A DNA stretch of 63,972 nt, the filler included, from Octopus bimaculoides (lineage: Eukaryota), in the NCBI RefSeq assembly GCF_001194135.2. It is 4 parts of 4 records of this genome, joined end to end, with 100 filler letters (N's around TTAATTAATTAA, not from the genome) between each part and the next. Parts side by side here need not be neighbours in the genome. Positions count along the whole stretch, not along the records: positions 25,362 to 56,512 come from NC_068989.1; positions 56,613 to 62,828 come from NC_068985.1; 2 more parts are not named here. One strand, given 5' to 3'. Shown here piece by piece: positions 47,974 through 59,719 of this stretch; positions within the stretch are counted from its first letter, which is position 1; each line of letters begins with the position of its first letter. The notes beneath the pieces were generated by a model. The model was not told the DNA's origin. It saw only the letters and a program-made list of their open reading frames with translations, and searched no databases. Made by a program: the position numbers and the translations under genes.

Positions 47974-48547
47974 CAGTTCATATAAGATTCTGTTAAAATT
48001 TATCTGCAATAAATTGGTTATATTTCAGCAGGAGTGGCTGTGTGGTAAGTAGCTTGCTTACCAACCACATGGTTCCAGGTTCAGTCCCACTGCGTGGCAC
48101 CTTGGGCAAGTGTCTTCTACTATAGCTTCTGACCGACCAAAGCCTTGTGAGTGGATTTGGTAGACGGAAACTGAAAGAAACTCGCCGTATACATGTATAT
48201 ATATGTGTGTTTGTCCCCCCACTATCGCTTGACAACCGATGCTGGTGTGTTTACGTCCCCGTAACTTAGCGGTTCGACAAAAAGAGACCGATAGAATAAG
48301 TACTAGGCTTACAAAGAATAAGTCCTGGGGTCGATTTTCTCGACTAAAGGCGCTGCTCCAGCATGGCCGCAGTCAAATGACTGAAACAAGTAAAAAAGTA
48401 AATATTCAAAATATTTTAATCATATTTTTACGCGATTAATTATAAAAATATAGTTTGTTTTTTGGGTTTTTTTTTTTTAGCATGGGGTCCAATGGGGTTA
48501 AATAGGAATCAAAAGGACCCATAGGCAAAAATGGTTGAGAACCACTG
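47974..48547. mobile_element. hAT (Charlie-like) MITE with a nested SINE
   Basis: Perfect 8-bp TSD ATCTAACG (47966-47973, 48548-48555); right TIR ggttgagaaccactg; left TIR truncated after cagt. Confidence 0.85.
48027..48395 (+). mobile_element. SINE family B, full-length reference copy
   Basis: tRNA-like head (tggctgtgtggtaag / ggttcagtccc), CORE-like ccttgggcaagtgtctt and gtagacggaaactgaaag, internal microsatellite, 3' gactgaaacaagtaaa. Confidence 0.9.
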
Positions 48548-49026
48548 ATCTAACGCACTCTTCTTTCCTTTCAAGACACTGCTACCTCTAATGGGTCCAG
48601 TGATCTCGGAGTGACAACTCCGTCGGCTAACAGGTGTCGTAAAACAGTTTGGTGTGTAAGACCTGTCTACTGAGGTATACGAACGAATGGATTGATGGGC
48701 AGATAGAGAAAAAGAAAAACGAACAGAAACGTGTGTGTGTGTAAGAGAATTGCTACTATGGCCGTCAGTCGGAAACTAGGCTAACTTGGTGCTTTGCTGC
48801 GAAGTGATTAAATTTATTTATTTAGTTAGTTAGTTATAAAACGTGCCAGTAACGTGGAAATCTACATAAGGTGAAACTTTGAAGTTATATAGAAATAGGT
48901 TTCAATGAGAAAAATAACTACATGCGGTATGAATAGGGGAAAAGAAAAAAAAGAGAAAATGCACATTGGATATAAAGAATAAAGCCTTTATATCCAATGT
49001 GCATTTTCTCTTTTTTCTTTTTACTT

Positions 49027-49063
<37 letters not shown>

Positions 49064-49137
49064 TATGTAAGTGTCCTGCTAAGATATATACATTATATAT
49101 GTATGTGTGTATATATATATATATGTGTGTGTGTGTG

Positions 49138-49168
<31 letters not shown>

Positions 49169-49429
49169 ATATATACACACATGTGTGTGTGTGTAAAGGC
49201 AGTGGTGCCCCAGCGCAGCCGCAGTTTAAAAGGTATATACCTTACTTGTTTCAGTCATTGGAATACGGCCGTGCTAGGGCAATGCCTTGGAGTATTCAGT
49301 CGAGCAAATCGAGTCCAGTACTTACTTTTTAAGTCTAGTACTTTATCGAGCAAGTTACGGGGACGTAAACAAACCCTGGTTGTGGAGGGGTGGTAGGGGC
49401 CAAACACAGGCGTATGCATACAACGGGCT

Positions 49430-49720
49430 TCCATCTGCGTCTTGCCTCCATGGCATCATATCTTGCTTGCTCCCCGCTTTCGTTGCTTTGGAACAGCTCC
49501 ACCATCTCAGCAGATTTCCTTGTCTTGCTCTCATTTGCCTAATCGATGCGCACCACCCCCACCTAGAGTTCTAACAGAACCGCCTGTTTGACTACTTCTA
49601 TAAACAGTACCATATCCGACCTTAGAGTCTGAGACGACAATTTCTGGAAACTTCATAATGGTTGCCCCGCCGCTTTCCTTTAACAAAGAGAGACACGCAG
49701 TTTTTCTCTGTCTAATGGCT
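49430..49720 (-). pseudogene. HERO-like non-LTR retrotransposon RLE endonuclease fragment
   Basis: Minus: KFPEIV..QTLRSDMVLFIEVVKQAVLLEL*V...RID*ANESKTRK, a decayed LRPD..EL.V.WE..I.EA.ERK motif. Confidence 0.65.
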
Positions 49721-49794
49721 ATTGCAAAAGAGGTTGTGTGGCTGTTGCGGGTGAAAGGATTGAAAAAAAAAAAGATAAAATATATATAAATATA

Positions 49795-50390
49795 TTCGCT
49801 AGCTTTTTCCCAATAGCTTAATAACAGCACTGGCGCCTCCAAGATTGAGTGGTCTCAATGATAATGGCGCGAAGCCACTATGATATTTTGACTCATTGTC
49901 TGACAAAGAAAACTCGGCTGCGAATACTCCGTGTATCGTGTCTTTGTCTATATTTGCCGTCCGTTAAGTTTTCGTCTAGTTTCCCCTTTGCTCTGCTTTC
50001 GTCTAACTTTTTCTCCTTGTGTTCTGTCTTTTCAACCCTTGATACATCTTTCTAGCGCAACACACATCCTGTTTGTTTACTTTATTGTAAAAATAATATT
50101 CCTTGAATATTTATTATGCAACTCTTGACTCTCTTACTCTGTCTCTTTCTACCTCTACTCTATCTCTTTCTCCACTTTTACTCTCTCTTTCCGCCCTTGT
50201 TTGCCTCCCTTGTACCTTTCTCTTCTCAATTTGTCTCCCTTTCTTTCTATTCTCTCTCTTTCTGTCCCCCTCTATCTCTTTCCACCTCTACTTTTACTCT
50301 ATCTTTTTCTCCACTCTTACCCTCTCTTTCCACCCTTGCTTGCCTCCCATATACCTTTCTCTTTGTCTCTATTTCTCCACTCCCTCTGCC

Positions 50391-50422
<32 letters not shown>

Positions 50423-51356
50423 ATCCCATTCTTTCCCTCTCTCTCTATACTTCCTCTTCCCTACGACTTGACTGGTGAAGGCGGTGTTCTTTTTCGCCCT
50501 GCCTTTGACCACACTGCTCATACTGACCTGGGCTCCGTTGGGTCTTCCTTGCACAATCCCACTAAGTATGTTCGATAGCTGCAAAGCTCTTTCCGTTGTA
50601 TTTCTGGTATTTGTATTCTTTTACTGGTTTTAGTCATTTGACTGCGGCCATGCTGGAGCACCGCCTTTGGTCGAACAAATCGACCCCAGGACTTATTCTT
50701 TGTAAGCCCAGTACTTATTCTATCGTTCTCTTTTGCCGAACCGCTAAGTTACGGGGACGTAAACACACCAACATCAGTTGTCAAGCGATGTTAGGGAGAC
50801 AAACACAGATGCACGCACACACACACAGATATATATATACGACGGGCTTCTTTCAGTTTCCGTCTACCAACTCCGCTCACAAGAGTTTGGTCGGTCCGAA
50901 GCTATAGTAGAAGACATTTGCCCAAGGTGCCACGCAGTGGGACTGAACCCGGAGCCTTGTGGTTGGTAAGCAAGCTACTTGCCATACAGCCACTCCTGCG
51001 CCTTATAATTATATATTTTTCTTCTGTTGTATATAGCCGTAAGGCTTCGTGTTGTTATATATGCATAATTCTTCGTCTGTTGTATTTATATAATGTCTTG
51101 TTTGTTACTGTCTCAGTATACATTCGCTAGCTTTTTTTCTAGTAGCTTAATAACAGCACTAGCGCTTCCAAGATTGAGTGGTTTCAATGATAATGGCGCG
51201 AAACCACGATGATATTTTGGCTCATTGACCGACGAGGTAAACTCAGCCTCGAATATTCCGTGTATCGTGTCTTTGCCTATATTTCCCGTCTGTTAAGTTT
51301 TCGTCTAGTTTCCTCTTTGCTCTGCTTACGTCTAACTTTTTCGCCTTGTGTTCTGG
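49795..51356 (+). repeat. Pair of ~230-bp direct repeats (49795-50027, 51126-51356) flanking a CT tract and a SINE
   Basis: agcttaataacagcact.gcgc.tccaagattgagtggt.tcaatgataatggcgcgaa...cgtctaactttttc.ccttgtgttctg in both copies, ~85-90% identical by eye. Confidence 0.8.
50620..51002 (-). mobile_element. SINE family B, full-length
   Basis: Reverse complement of 48027-48395. Confidence 0.88.
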
Positions 51357-52304
51357 CTTCTTTCAGTTTCCGTTTACTAAATACACACAGTAGAAGACAC
51401 TTGCCTAAGGTACCACGCAGTGGGACTGAACCTGGGACCATGTGATTCGGTAGGAAGCTTCTTACCACACAACCATGCCTGCTCCTTTCCCCACTTTTTT
51501 TTTCTTTTCAACAATACATTCTGATATAATCGTAATTTACACCATGTGAGATATATCTGTTGAAATTTTTATTTTAAAATATCCACTTTTCGGAAAGTTA
51601 CGAGAAAACAAAAGTCGGACGGTGAACATCCATCTGTAATTATACCGAGGTTTGGCTGCTATTTCTAGCAGGACAGGCGCCATTATAGAGGCTCGTTCAT
51701 GTGAAATTGATCCTGATCAGAAATTAGAATGGAAGCAGAGCGGAATAACGAAGAAATTAGTGTTTAATAGACTATAAAATACTGTATTTCTATGGTAATG
51801 ATCATCTGATTACCTACCAATGTAACCAATAGCAACCATTTAAATATTGATGAGATAATGTTAATCGATAATCGTTCTATTTTTTTTTCTTCGGTATCAT
51901 CTGTGTGTGCGTTGAAATATATTTAATCGCGAAATTCTGGTTGGTAGAAAATTACTCCCTCGATGGTGGAGAAAACTGGTGATATTTGTCTGGAAGAAAC
52001 AGTGTTTATAACATTAACTGTGGTTATAATGAAATACGAGCCCTTCTGTGGCGTTGTGTGTGTACGCGCGCCTGTGTGCGTGCGTGCCAGTTCTTGGCTT
52101 TTTGACCGTTTTTTTTCTACAACGACCTGTGATCTTTACAATAAACGTTTGCGAAAGTTACAAAAGTCAAACAGTACTCAGGTTGCCTCTCAACTATTCT
52201 CTTTCTCTCTCACTTACTCTCCCCCCTCTCTCTTTCTCTTTCCTCCCCCCCACCACATTTTGCCTATAAATCTGAAACATTTAGAATCAAGCTACTTGTG
52301 GCTC

Positions 52305-52497
52305 AGTGGAGGCGTAATGGCCCAGTGGTTAGGGCAGCGGACTCGCGGTCATAGAATCGCGGTTTCGATTCCCAGACCAGGCGTGGTGAGTGTTTATTGA
52401 GCGAAAACACCTAAAAGCTTCACGAGGCTCCGGCAGGGGATGGTGGCGAACCCTGCTGTACTCTTTCACCACAACTTTCTCTCGCCCTTTCTTCCTG
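52305..52497 (+). mobile_element. SINE family C, 5' part (runs into a gap)
   Basis: Close match to 11229-11420. Confidence 0.88.
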
Positions 52498-53079
52498 NNN
52501 NNNNNNNNNNNNNNNNNNNNNNNNNNNNNNNNNNNNNNNNNNNNNNNNNNNNNNNNNNNNNNNNNNNNNNNNNNNNNNNNNNNNNNNNNNNNNNNNNNNN
52601 NNNNNNNNNNNNNNNNNNNNNNNNNNNNNNNNNNNNNNNNNNNNNNNNNNNNNNNNNNNNNNNNNNNNNNNNNNNNNNNNNNNNNNNNNNNNNNNNNNNN
52701 NNNNNNNNNNNNNNNNNNNNNNNNNNNNNNNNNNNNNNNNNNNNNNNNNNNNNNNNNNNNNNNNNNNNNNNNNNNNNNNNNNNNNNNNNNNNNNNNNNNN
52801 NNNNNNNNNNNNNNNNNNNNNNNNNNNNNNNNNNAAGTTGAGGTTTTTCTTGTCACTCGTTCTCGCTCATATCATCACATTAAGATAGATTTTGTCTTTT
52901 ACTTGTTTCAGTCTTGGGATGCGGCCATACTGGGGCACCGACTTGAAAGGCTTTCAGTCGAACAAATCGACTCCAGTAGCTATTTTTTAAAAAAGTCTGG
53001 TACTTATACTTTTGGTCCGTTTTGATGAAAACGCTAAGTTACAGGGATGTACACAAACCAACACCAGTTGTCAAGCGGT

Positions 53080-53113
<34 letters not shown>

Positions 53114-53427
53114 ACTCTCCTGTCGTAAACGAAAGGTAAGGGCTCCGCAATTTCTTACTGAACAACCTGCACAAATGATTTGTTTATAGTGATCAAGTCA
53201 GATGACTAAGTGATCGCAGAGCAGTGCGAAATGAAGTGTTTTGCTCAAGAACACAACGCACTGGCCAGGCTGAGAATCGAAACCAACACCATAATCACTT
53301 GGTCACACGCCTTCATATATATGTGTGTGTGTGTGTGTATGTGTGTTCGGAATATGCAAAAAAAACCGTGACAGGTGAATGAATAACAGTGTGTATTACT
53401 CTACCGCTCGGGAAAAATGTAAGAAGT

Positions 53428-53463
53428 CTTTGACGTTTCGAGCGTAAGCTCTTCTGCAGAAAG
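53428..53463 (-). ncRNA. Minimal type I hammerhead-like motif, core variant CUGCAGA (family P2)
   Basis: Minus: cttt CTGCAGA a gagc-ttac-gctc GAAAC GTC aaag; 4-bp helix I, 4-bp helix II, ACGU palindrome; A6->C. Confidence 0.5.
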
Positions 53464-53839
53464 GAATGAGGAGAGAAAACGGATAGAGAGAGAATATTGC
53501 TGACATAATTTTCGCTGGTAAGAATAAAGTTTCTGAAACGGATAGAGAAATTTGAAGGATTACTTTGGCCCGATGGTAGAACGCCTGTCGTGTCTCCAGG
53601 AGATATGGNNNNNNNNNNNNNNNNNNNNNNNNNNNNNNNNNNNNNNNNNNNNNNNNNNNNNNNNNNNNNNNNNNNNNNNNNNNNNNNNNNNNNNNNNNNN
53701 NNNNNNNNNNNNNNNNNNNNNNNNNNNNNNNNNNNNNNNNNNNNNNNNNNNNNNNNNNNNNNNNNNNNNNNNNNNNNNNNNNNNNNNNNNNNNNNNNNNN
53801 NNNNNNNNNNNNNNNNNNNNNCTATTTATTTATAGTATA

Positions 53840-54050
53840 TAAGGCGGTAGAGCAGGCAGAATCGTCAGCTTGCCGGACACAAGGCTTAGCAGCATTTTGT
53901 CCGTCTTCAAGTTCTGATTTCAAATTCTGTAGAGGCTGACTTTGCCTCTCATCCTTGAGGGACCAATAAAATAAGTACCAGTTGAGCACTGGTGGGGTCA
54001 GTGTAACCGATCTACTTCTTCCCCGAAATTGCTGGCCCTGTGTCAAAATT
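53840..54050 (+). mobile_element. SINE family A, diverged
   Basis: gcaggcagaatcgt...gttctgatttcaaattct...ctgactttgcctctcatcctt. Confidence 0.75.
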
Positions 54051-55541
54051 TGAAATCATTATTTATAGCATATATGTTTCGAGATCCATTTCCAAAAAAA
54101 AAAAGGTATTTCAAATTTGCTTCCACTCAGTTTCCATTTACCAAATTCTCTCACAAGACAGTAGTCGTCCCTGAGGCTATATTAGAAAACACTTGCCCAA
54201 GATACCGCACGGTGGGACTGAGCCTGAAACCACATAGTTGCGAAGCAAGCTTCTTAACCACGCAGCCATGTCTGAGAGGAATGACAGAAATTATGAAATA
54301 CAACGAAGAAAGAACGACGCCAATAATTGTTGAAACCCTTTAAGAAAGGCATAATGCCTCGTAAATTTGATTAAATATGAATTTTAATGTGTGCGATGAG
54401 TACCACTGTCTAGTTTGTTTCTTTTTGTACAATTGCACAACGATTGTACACGGTCTGTTGATGTATGTATAACTGGATTAATAAAATGTAGGCAGTAATT
54501 TGTCTGCCGAGTGCTTAAAAACCAATCTGATTGATGGTATTGTACGAGTCTAGAAATCGTCTACAACTGTTGTTGCTGGTAAAACAAAGTAGTATATCTG
54601 TGACAGTGTTGCACTTGTTTTATCATTACTGCAACCAGAAAAATAAGATCTTCTAGAACTGATCTCAAGACCTATTATTAATGGGTAATTAAAAGCCAGG
54701 CTTTGCTCAGTTTAATTACGAATGTCAATCAAAATATTTGGTGGATCCAACTTCAGTAATGTTGAATTCTTTATAGCTGTGTTTTCATAGAAAGGCGGGG
54801 ATGGCAGAACTCCCTGGAAGCTTGGCTCTATGAAGATTGTCAAAAGGAGGCTGACAAATTGCCATATTTAATAAAATTAACTATTTAAATTTGTTCAACA
54901 CCATGGTGAAGGAAGAATTATATTGACGTAAACTATCTTTCTCAATATTTTCTCATTAATAAAGGTGAAGAGTGAAAATTTTCACTATTTTTTGGCGAGT
55001 GGTTATTTGTCAGTTCGAGAACCATTACGTTTACAAGTATCTTAGCCGGAACTCTACTTCCCATTATTTTACTTTTGACCCTTACAAGTTTCATTTCACG
55101 AAGGGTGGGGGATGAAGAAGAAATATCACAAGTGCTATGGGATAGGCGGAACCATATGCAGCACGGCGTTTGTGAAGTAAAGCAGACAACGCAGACGATA
55201 AATATATTCCCCTCCTGGTTGTCCTGTTTCTATGTACAACAGTGATATCAAGTTGTTTGCTGATGATTATTTACAAATACAATGAAGTAATAATTATGAA
55301 CCGGTTTCTCAAGATTCCTCTTCGCCTTAGATGGACTTCGACTGGACGTGTCGTTGGATAAGTTTAATAAGTAAAGGAGTGGTTTTATCATGTCTGGTGA
55401 TATCCGTCTGTTTCAACAGTTGGTCTTTGTTTTAGCGACCAACTGGTGAAACTATCTAAAGTATGTCCTTCTGCAAACAACGATCCATTTTTGTTTGTTT
55501 TATTTCATCGATAACTTTTTTGTTTCTTTTCTTTTCTGCAG

Positions 55542-55586
55542 GCTGAAAAGTAATGTCAACCGACAGATTGTGACGACTGCGCTAAT
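55542..55586 (+). other. Candidate 45-nt spliced exon (coding in phase 2 only, or UTR)
   Basis: Strong acceptor ttttttgtttcttttcttttctgcag, donor gtatgt at 55587; only open frame (x)LKSNVNRQIVTTAL(x). An upstream donor aaa|gtatgt at 55461 would define an 81-nt intron. Confidence 0.35.
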
Positions 55587-55865
55587 GTATGTACGTGTGT
55601 GTGCGTGTGTGTGTTTTTATTCCCGTTAACAGGTTTTTCAGTGGATACTTTTAACCTACTAACTTAGCTGCACACAAGTTGTAGGTATGAATTAATGTAT
55701 GAATATATACGTGTGTATCTTCTATTGTGCATGATAGTAAATATGCTGTGCCACTCTATCTACGAACAGTGTTTTATTGTCTGCTACGCATGTTGTTGGG
55801 ATGGGTTGGGAAGATCATTAATTATACAATTAACAAACAAAAAATATAAAAGAAATAAGACGAAA

Positions 55866-55987
55866 TCACGTGACAACAATAGATTAGGATGTAATGTGTC
55901 GTTGGCTTGTTTATCATGCCAATCCAATCACATTGTGACGTCACGGCACACAAATTGCGATCTTTTTCGAAGTACCGACTATAAAAG
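55866..55987 (+). promoter_or_regulatory. Candidate CRE/TATA Pol II promoter
   Basis: TCACGTGA 55866-55873; CCAAT 55919 and 55924; full CRE TGACGTCA 55936-55943; TATAAAAG 55980-55987. Confidence 0.6.
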
Positions 55988-56171
55988 GTGAATCATACCA
56001 CTGTCGGGTTTTTTTTTCCGAGTCGCGTCGCAAACGAACATTGGAAGACGTTGAAGCTTCGCTTCGTTGAGTGTGTCTTGTGTTCTCGATTTAAATAGAA
56101 TTGCTAAATACATTTAGTGATACAAGTTAACAAGAAAAACCAGGAACCAAGTGATAAAAAAAAAATTAATT

Positions 56172-56178
56172 ATGGCAG
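56172..56178 (+). CDS. Candidate first coding micro-exon ATG GCA G| (phase 1) after a ~160-nt 5' UTR; gene unidentified
   Basis: ATGGCAG|GTAAGA: near-consensus donor ~190 nt downstream of the TATA box; no ATG between 56010 and 56171. Confidence 0.5.
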
Positions 56179-56349
56179 GTAAGACATTTATTTATTTGTT
56201 ATGTGCCTTTTGTGTATGTATATAATAATGAACGGTGAGTGGCAGAAATGGTAGATCGCTGATTATATTCGACTGTAGCTTAACTCCCTAAACTGTGTAT
56301 GAGGGACTTGTTGCATATCTATACTAGAAATCAATATTATTTGTGACTT

Positions 56350-56512
56350 AAAGGCGACGAGCTGGCAGAATATTGCAGCGTCGGAAGAAATACTTTGTGG
56401 TATTTCTTCCGGCTCGTTATGTTCTGAGTTCGAATTCCGCTCACGCCGACTTTGCCTTTCATCTTTCGGGTCGATAAAATAAAGTACGAGTCAAGTACTG
56501 GAGTCGTTCTAA
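56350..56512 (+). mobile_element. SINE family A, diverged
   Basis: gagctggcagaat...gagttcgaattccgct...gactttgcctttcatctttcgggtcgataaa. Confidence 0.8.
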
Positions 56513-56612
56513 NNNNNNNNNNNNNNNNNNNNNNNNNNNNNNNNNNNNNNNNNNNNTTAATTAATTAANNNNNNNNNNNNNNNNNNNNNNNNNNNNNNNN
56601 NNNNNNNNNNNN
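56513..56612. other. Artificial 100-bp join (44 N + TTAATTAATTAA + 44 N)
   Basis: Same as 25262. Confidence 0.93.
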
Positions 56613-56675
56613 CACACATATGTATGTGGAGAAAATGTAAATATAGATTAGTGAAATAAAAGTATGCATATATGC

Positions 56676-56729
<54 letters not shown>

Positions 56730-56888
56730 GTGTATGTGCGTGTGTGTCTGTGTCTGTGTGTATCGAGATGATATGGAAAAATCTAAATAGAATTTTTAAA
56801 ATTTCGTATATGCATGCATATATGTATGCATGCATGCATGTATGCATGCATATATGTATGCATGCATGCATGTATGTATGTATGTGCG

Positions 56889-56927
<39 letters not shown>

Positions 56928-57654
56928 ATGTTTGAATATAACAGCAACGAAACAAAGCAACAATCGTAAGTTGACAAAGGTCAGCTACAAAATTTAAAGT
57001 CAATACTTGTGCACTACTAGTGTATGCAAAGTGTAATGACTGGCGTTGAGAAAATAATTTCTGTTCGTTAGTTTTGTAATATAAGACTTTAATTGAATTT
57101 GTTTTGAGCTGGTTCCATCAACGATGATGGCAGTTGTAACAGCAGCAGCAGCGATAGTTCGCAGTTAATACAATTGTAATAACATTAGCATTTATTATAA
57201 TTAGCGTAATGTTAGAAATCATTAACGATGTTATAAATCATTATTATAATTAGTCTTACCATTAGAGATGTCGTTATATATTTTCAGTCCATATCCCATC
57301 GGATTCGATTTTGCCTTTCTTCCTTTTAGAGGTTGAGTGATAGAGAGATGGATTGTACATCTTAACATTCCGATTCCAAACGACGTCAAAAACTGGCAGA
57401 AGTGTTCGAGCGACGAACTAAATCACTCTTGCTATTTTCTCTGGTTCTTTACTTTCTTAGTTCAAATTCCATCGAAATTGACTTTAATTTTAGTACATTT
57501 GAGTTTGGAAAACGAAAATACCAACCAAGTACAGGGTTCAATATGATTGACTGTACTCTCCCTAGAAATGTTGGGTCTTGTACCAGTATTATAATCGGTT
57601 AATGTTGTCTTGCCGACATATTGTACTGATATTGTAAACACTTTAATTATTCTC

Positions 57655-58090
57655 CTATTAATTATTCTCCCAGGTTTAGAATGAGAAACGTTTTGTGGTT
57701 GCTGTTGTTTTTTGGAGGTTTTTTTCCCTCTCTCCAATAGAAATCTTTTTATACTGTTCATACTTCTCTTAATTTTGCATCGAGAACTTTCTGAAATATT
57801 CTTACTGATTCAATTAAACAGATTTTCTACATTGCCACCCACTACCAGATTAAGATCTAGCTTTCCACGGTTTACTCTCTCCTAAGGTTCCAATGATAAT
57901 CAGTAGAATCATGACCGTGTTAACTGCTTTGTTCCAGCTTTTGAAAAGTTCATAGTTCGAGTCGGTATGATACTCCAGGTTTTCTTTTTTATTTCTTTCT
58001 TGATTCCGGTATCAAATAGGTATGCTACATCAATTACAGGTCACATTTTTTCATTCAACAACTACAGTATCCGGATTGTTGTGCTCTGAG
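57655..58090 (-). pseudogene. R4/Dong-like non-LTR retrotransposon 3' fragment (RLE endonuclease)
   Basis: Minus, across frameshifts: EHNNPDTVVVE*KNVT..VIDVAYLFDTGIKKE..YELFKSWNK..IIIGTLG..RIFQKVLD; AAT-rich tail-like end near 57660. Confidence 0.7.
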
Positions 58091-58960
58091 ACGAAAGAGG
58101 CAGTGGTACACGAAGTGAGAAAGGAGAAAGAAAGACAAAATGTACGTTTGGTGCAATGTAGTCAACAGGGACAGTGCTTGAGATGGGAGGAACAGTGCTT
58201 GTGATGTGGTCAGTCGCAGGATCTCATGGAAGGAACTTTGGGCTTGGGAACAAGCAAGAACATCCTTCCTGATAAAGTCTACCTTCGACGTTTTACCTTC
58301 ACCGGCGAATTTAGTTCGGTGGAACATGCAAACAACTGATGAAAGTAGTTGCGGAGAGAAAGCGACGGTGAGACATGTTCTGTGAAGCTGCAGGCTAGCA
58401 CTAGACAGATATATATGGTGTCACAATCAAGTGCTCGGTGTCATAAGCGCAACACTCAAGGAGAAGATCGAATGATATAATAGTGGAGAGTACCCAAAAG
58501 TGGAAAAATGGGGAAGGATATACTTCCAGAAGGAGGTAAAAGGACATAAGGCCAGGCCTTCAAATAAAGTATACGAGACAGACGACGCGGATTTGGAAAG
58601 TCTCTTAATATCTCCACTCATAAAATCAACAAAAAGACCGGACTTAATCCTATGGAGCACAGAACGGAAAATTGGAATTTTACAAGAGCTGACAGTGGCA
58701 TGGGATTAGAACATCGCTAATGCAGAGCAACGGAAGGAGAAGAGGTATGAGAGATTAATCGAAGAGTGCGGAGAACAGGAATGGACTGTCGAACATTACC
58801 ACCTGGACGTGGGGGCTAGAGGCTTTATTGAAAGGAAAATGGTTATTTAGAAGGTTTGCATTTTCGAGCCCAGAGCTGAGAAAAGTAATAAGGAGGACAC
58901 AGGAAGCAGTCGACAAAGCTAGCTGAAACGAGAAGACCCAAAATGGCTTGAAAGCCATAG
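58084..58960 (+). pseudogene. HERO-like non-LTR retrotransposon 3' fragment (decayed Zn knuckle + RLE endonuclease)
   Basis: QQGQCLRWE, ISWKELWAWEQARTSFLIKSTFDVLPSPANLVRW, RHVL*SC...RYIWCHNQVL, KRPDLILWSTERKIGILQELTVAWD, RKEKRYERLIEEC, DVGARGF; several stops. Confidence 0.85.
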
Positions 58961-59181
58961 CATGCCGACTAGGCGAGACTGGCTGACACTTAAGCAGCAT
59001 CGCTGATTGACAGGTAGACCAAGGTAACGTTCTCGTTTAAAGCGCACCCACCTCCTGTTTCGAAGGGTTGTACCACCAAACAGTTGGTCGACTCTGGCTG
59101 CTGGAACTCAAACTAACGTGACACTGTTGGAAGGCAGGTTTAGATAGGGTACGGGCAAAAAACTACGCGCCCTTCCCCTCC

Positions 59182-59286
59182 ATTGGTCAGTTGAAGCTTA
59201 AACAGTGTCACGTGACAGTTACCTGGTGCCGGCTGCTGGAGCCTACCGGCGAGTATTTAAAGGGAAATTTGGTAGGATGGTCATTC
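59182..59286 (+). promoter_or_regulatory. Candidate E-box/TATA/Inr Pol II promoter
   Basis: ATTGG 59182; 12-bp palindrome TGTCACGTGACA 59206-59217; TATTTAAA 59254; Inr TCATTC with A at 59283, 29 nt after the TATA T. Confidence 0.5.
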
Positions 59287-59719
59287 GGCCGCTGACAATT
59301 GTTGACACTGCAACGAAGAAGCCAAAGAACAAAAGAAAAAAGGAGAAAGAAAAAACGCACTCAACACCAGAGCTGAAGACACCTCTGAAGGGTGGGCGCC
59401 ACGTCGAGAACAGTAGAGGAGTAGGGGCTGAAACTGGACGTGGTTCCTCCTGAGAAGTCCCATAATAAGCACACTTCACCTTTCTTGTGAAATTCCATTT
59501 CGGTTCCCAAAAGTCTGCTTGTCATTAGAGGCACTAGCATTAGCGCTGTTGTTGTTGCTGCTGCTGCTGCTGCTGCTGTTTTTATCGGTGTTGTTATTCT
59601 TGTTTGGTTCTGATGCTTTGAATTGAATGGGATTGTTCAATACTAGTTCCGTAGGGAAATTCGATTTACTGGATTTCATGAAATTAATTCTTTATAATTT
59701 TTACCGATATATTTTAGAT

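Noticed and set aside
49895-49930. Hammerhead call for the CTGACAA/CCGACGA...CGAAT remnants (also 51225-51255)
   Set aside because: GAAA is not in register with helix II and helix I is not evident.
740-53842. Long ORF-track entries filled with X, or with H/T, C/V, Y/I, F/L/S runs
   Set aside because: They span N gaps or translate microsatellites and low-complexity tracts; no domain content.
57545-57620. TTLTDYNTGTRPNIS as a second RLE endonuclease motif
   Set aside because: The DNA is an old SINE family A copy (57385-57590, +); the peptide similarity is coincidental.
59476-59679. Minus-strand Asn/Ser-rich ORF MKSSKSNF...
   Set aside because: Largely a translation of CTG/TTG repeats antisense to a better-supported + promoter; weak start context, no homology cue.
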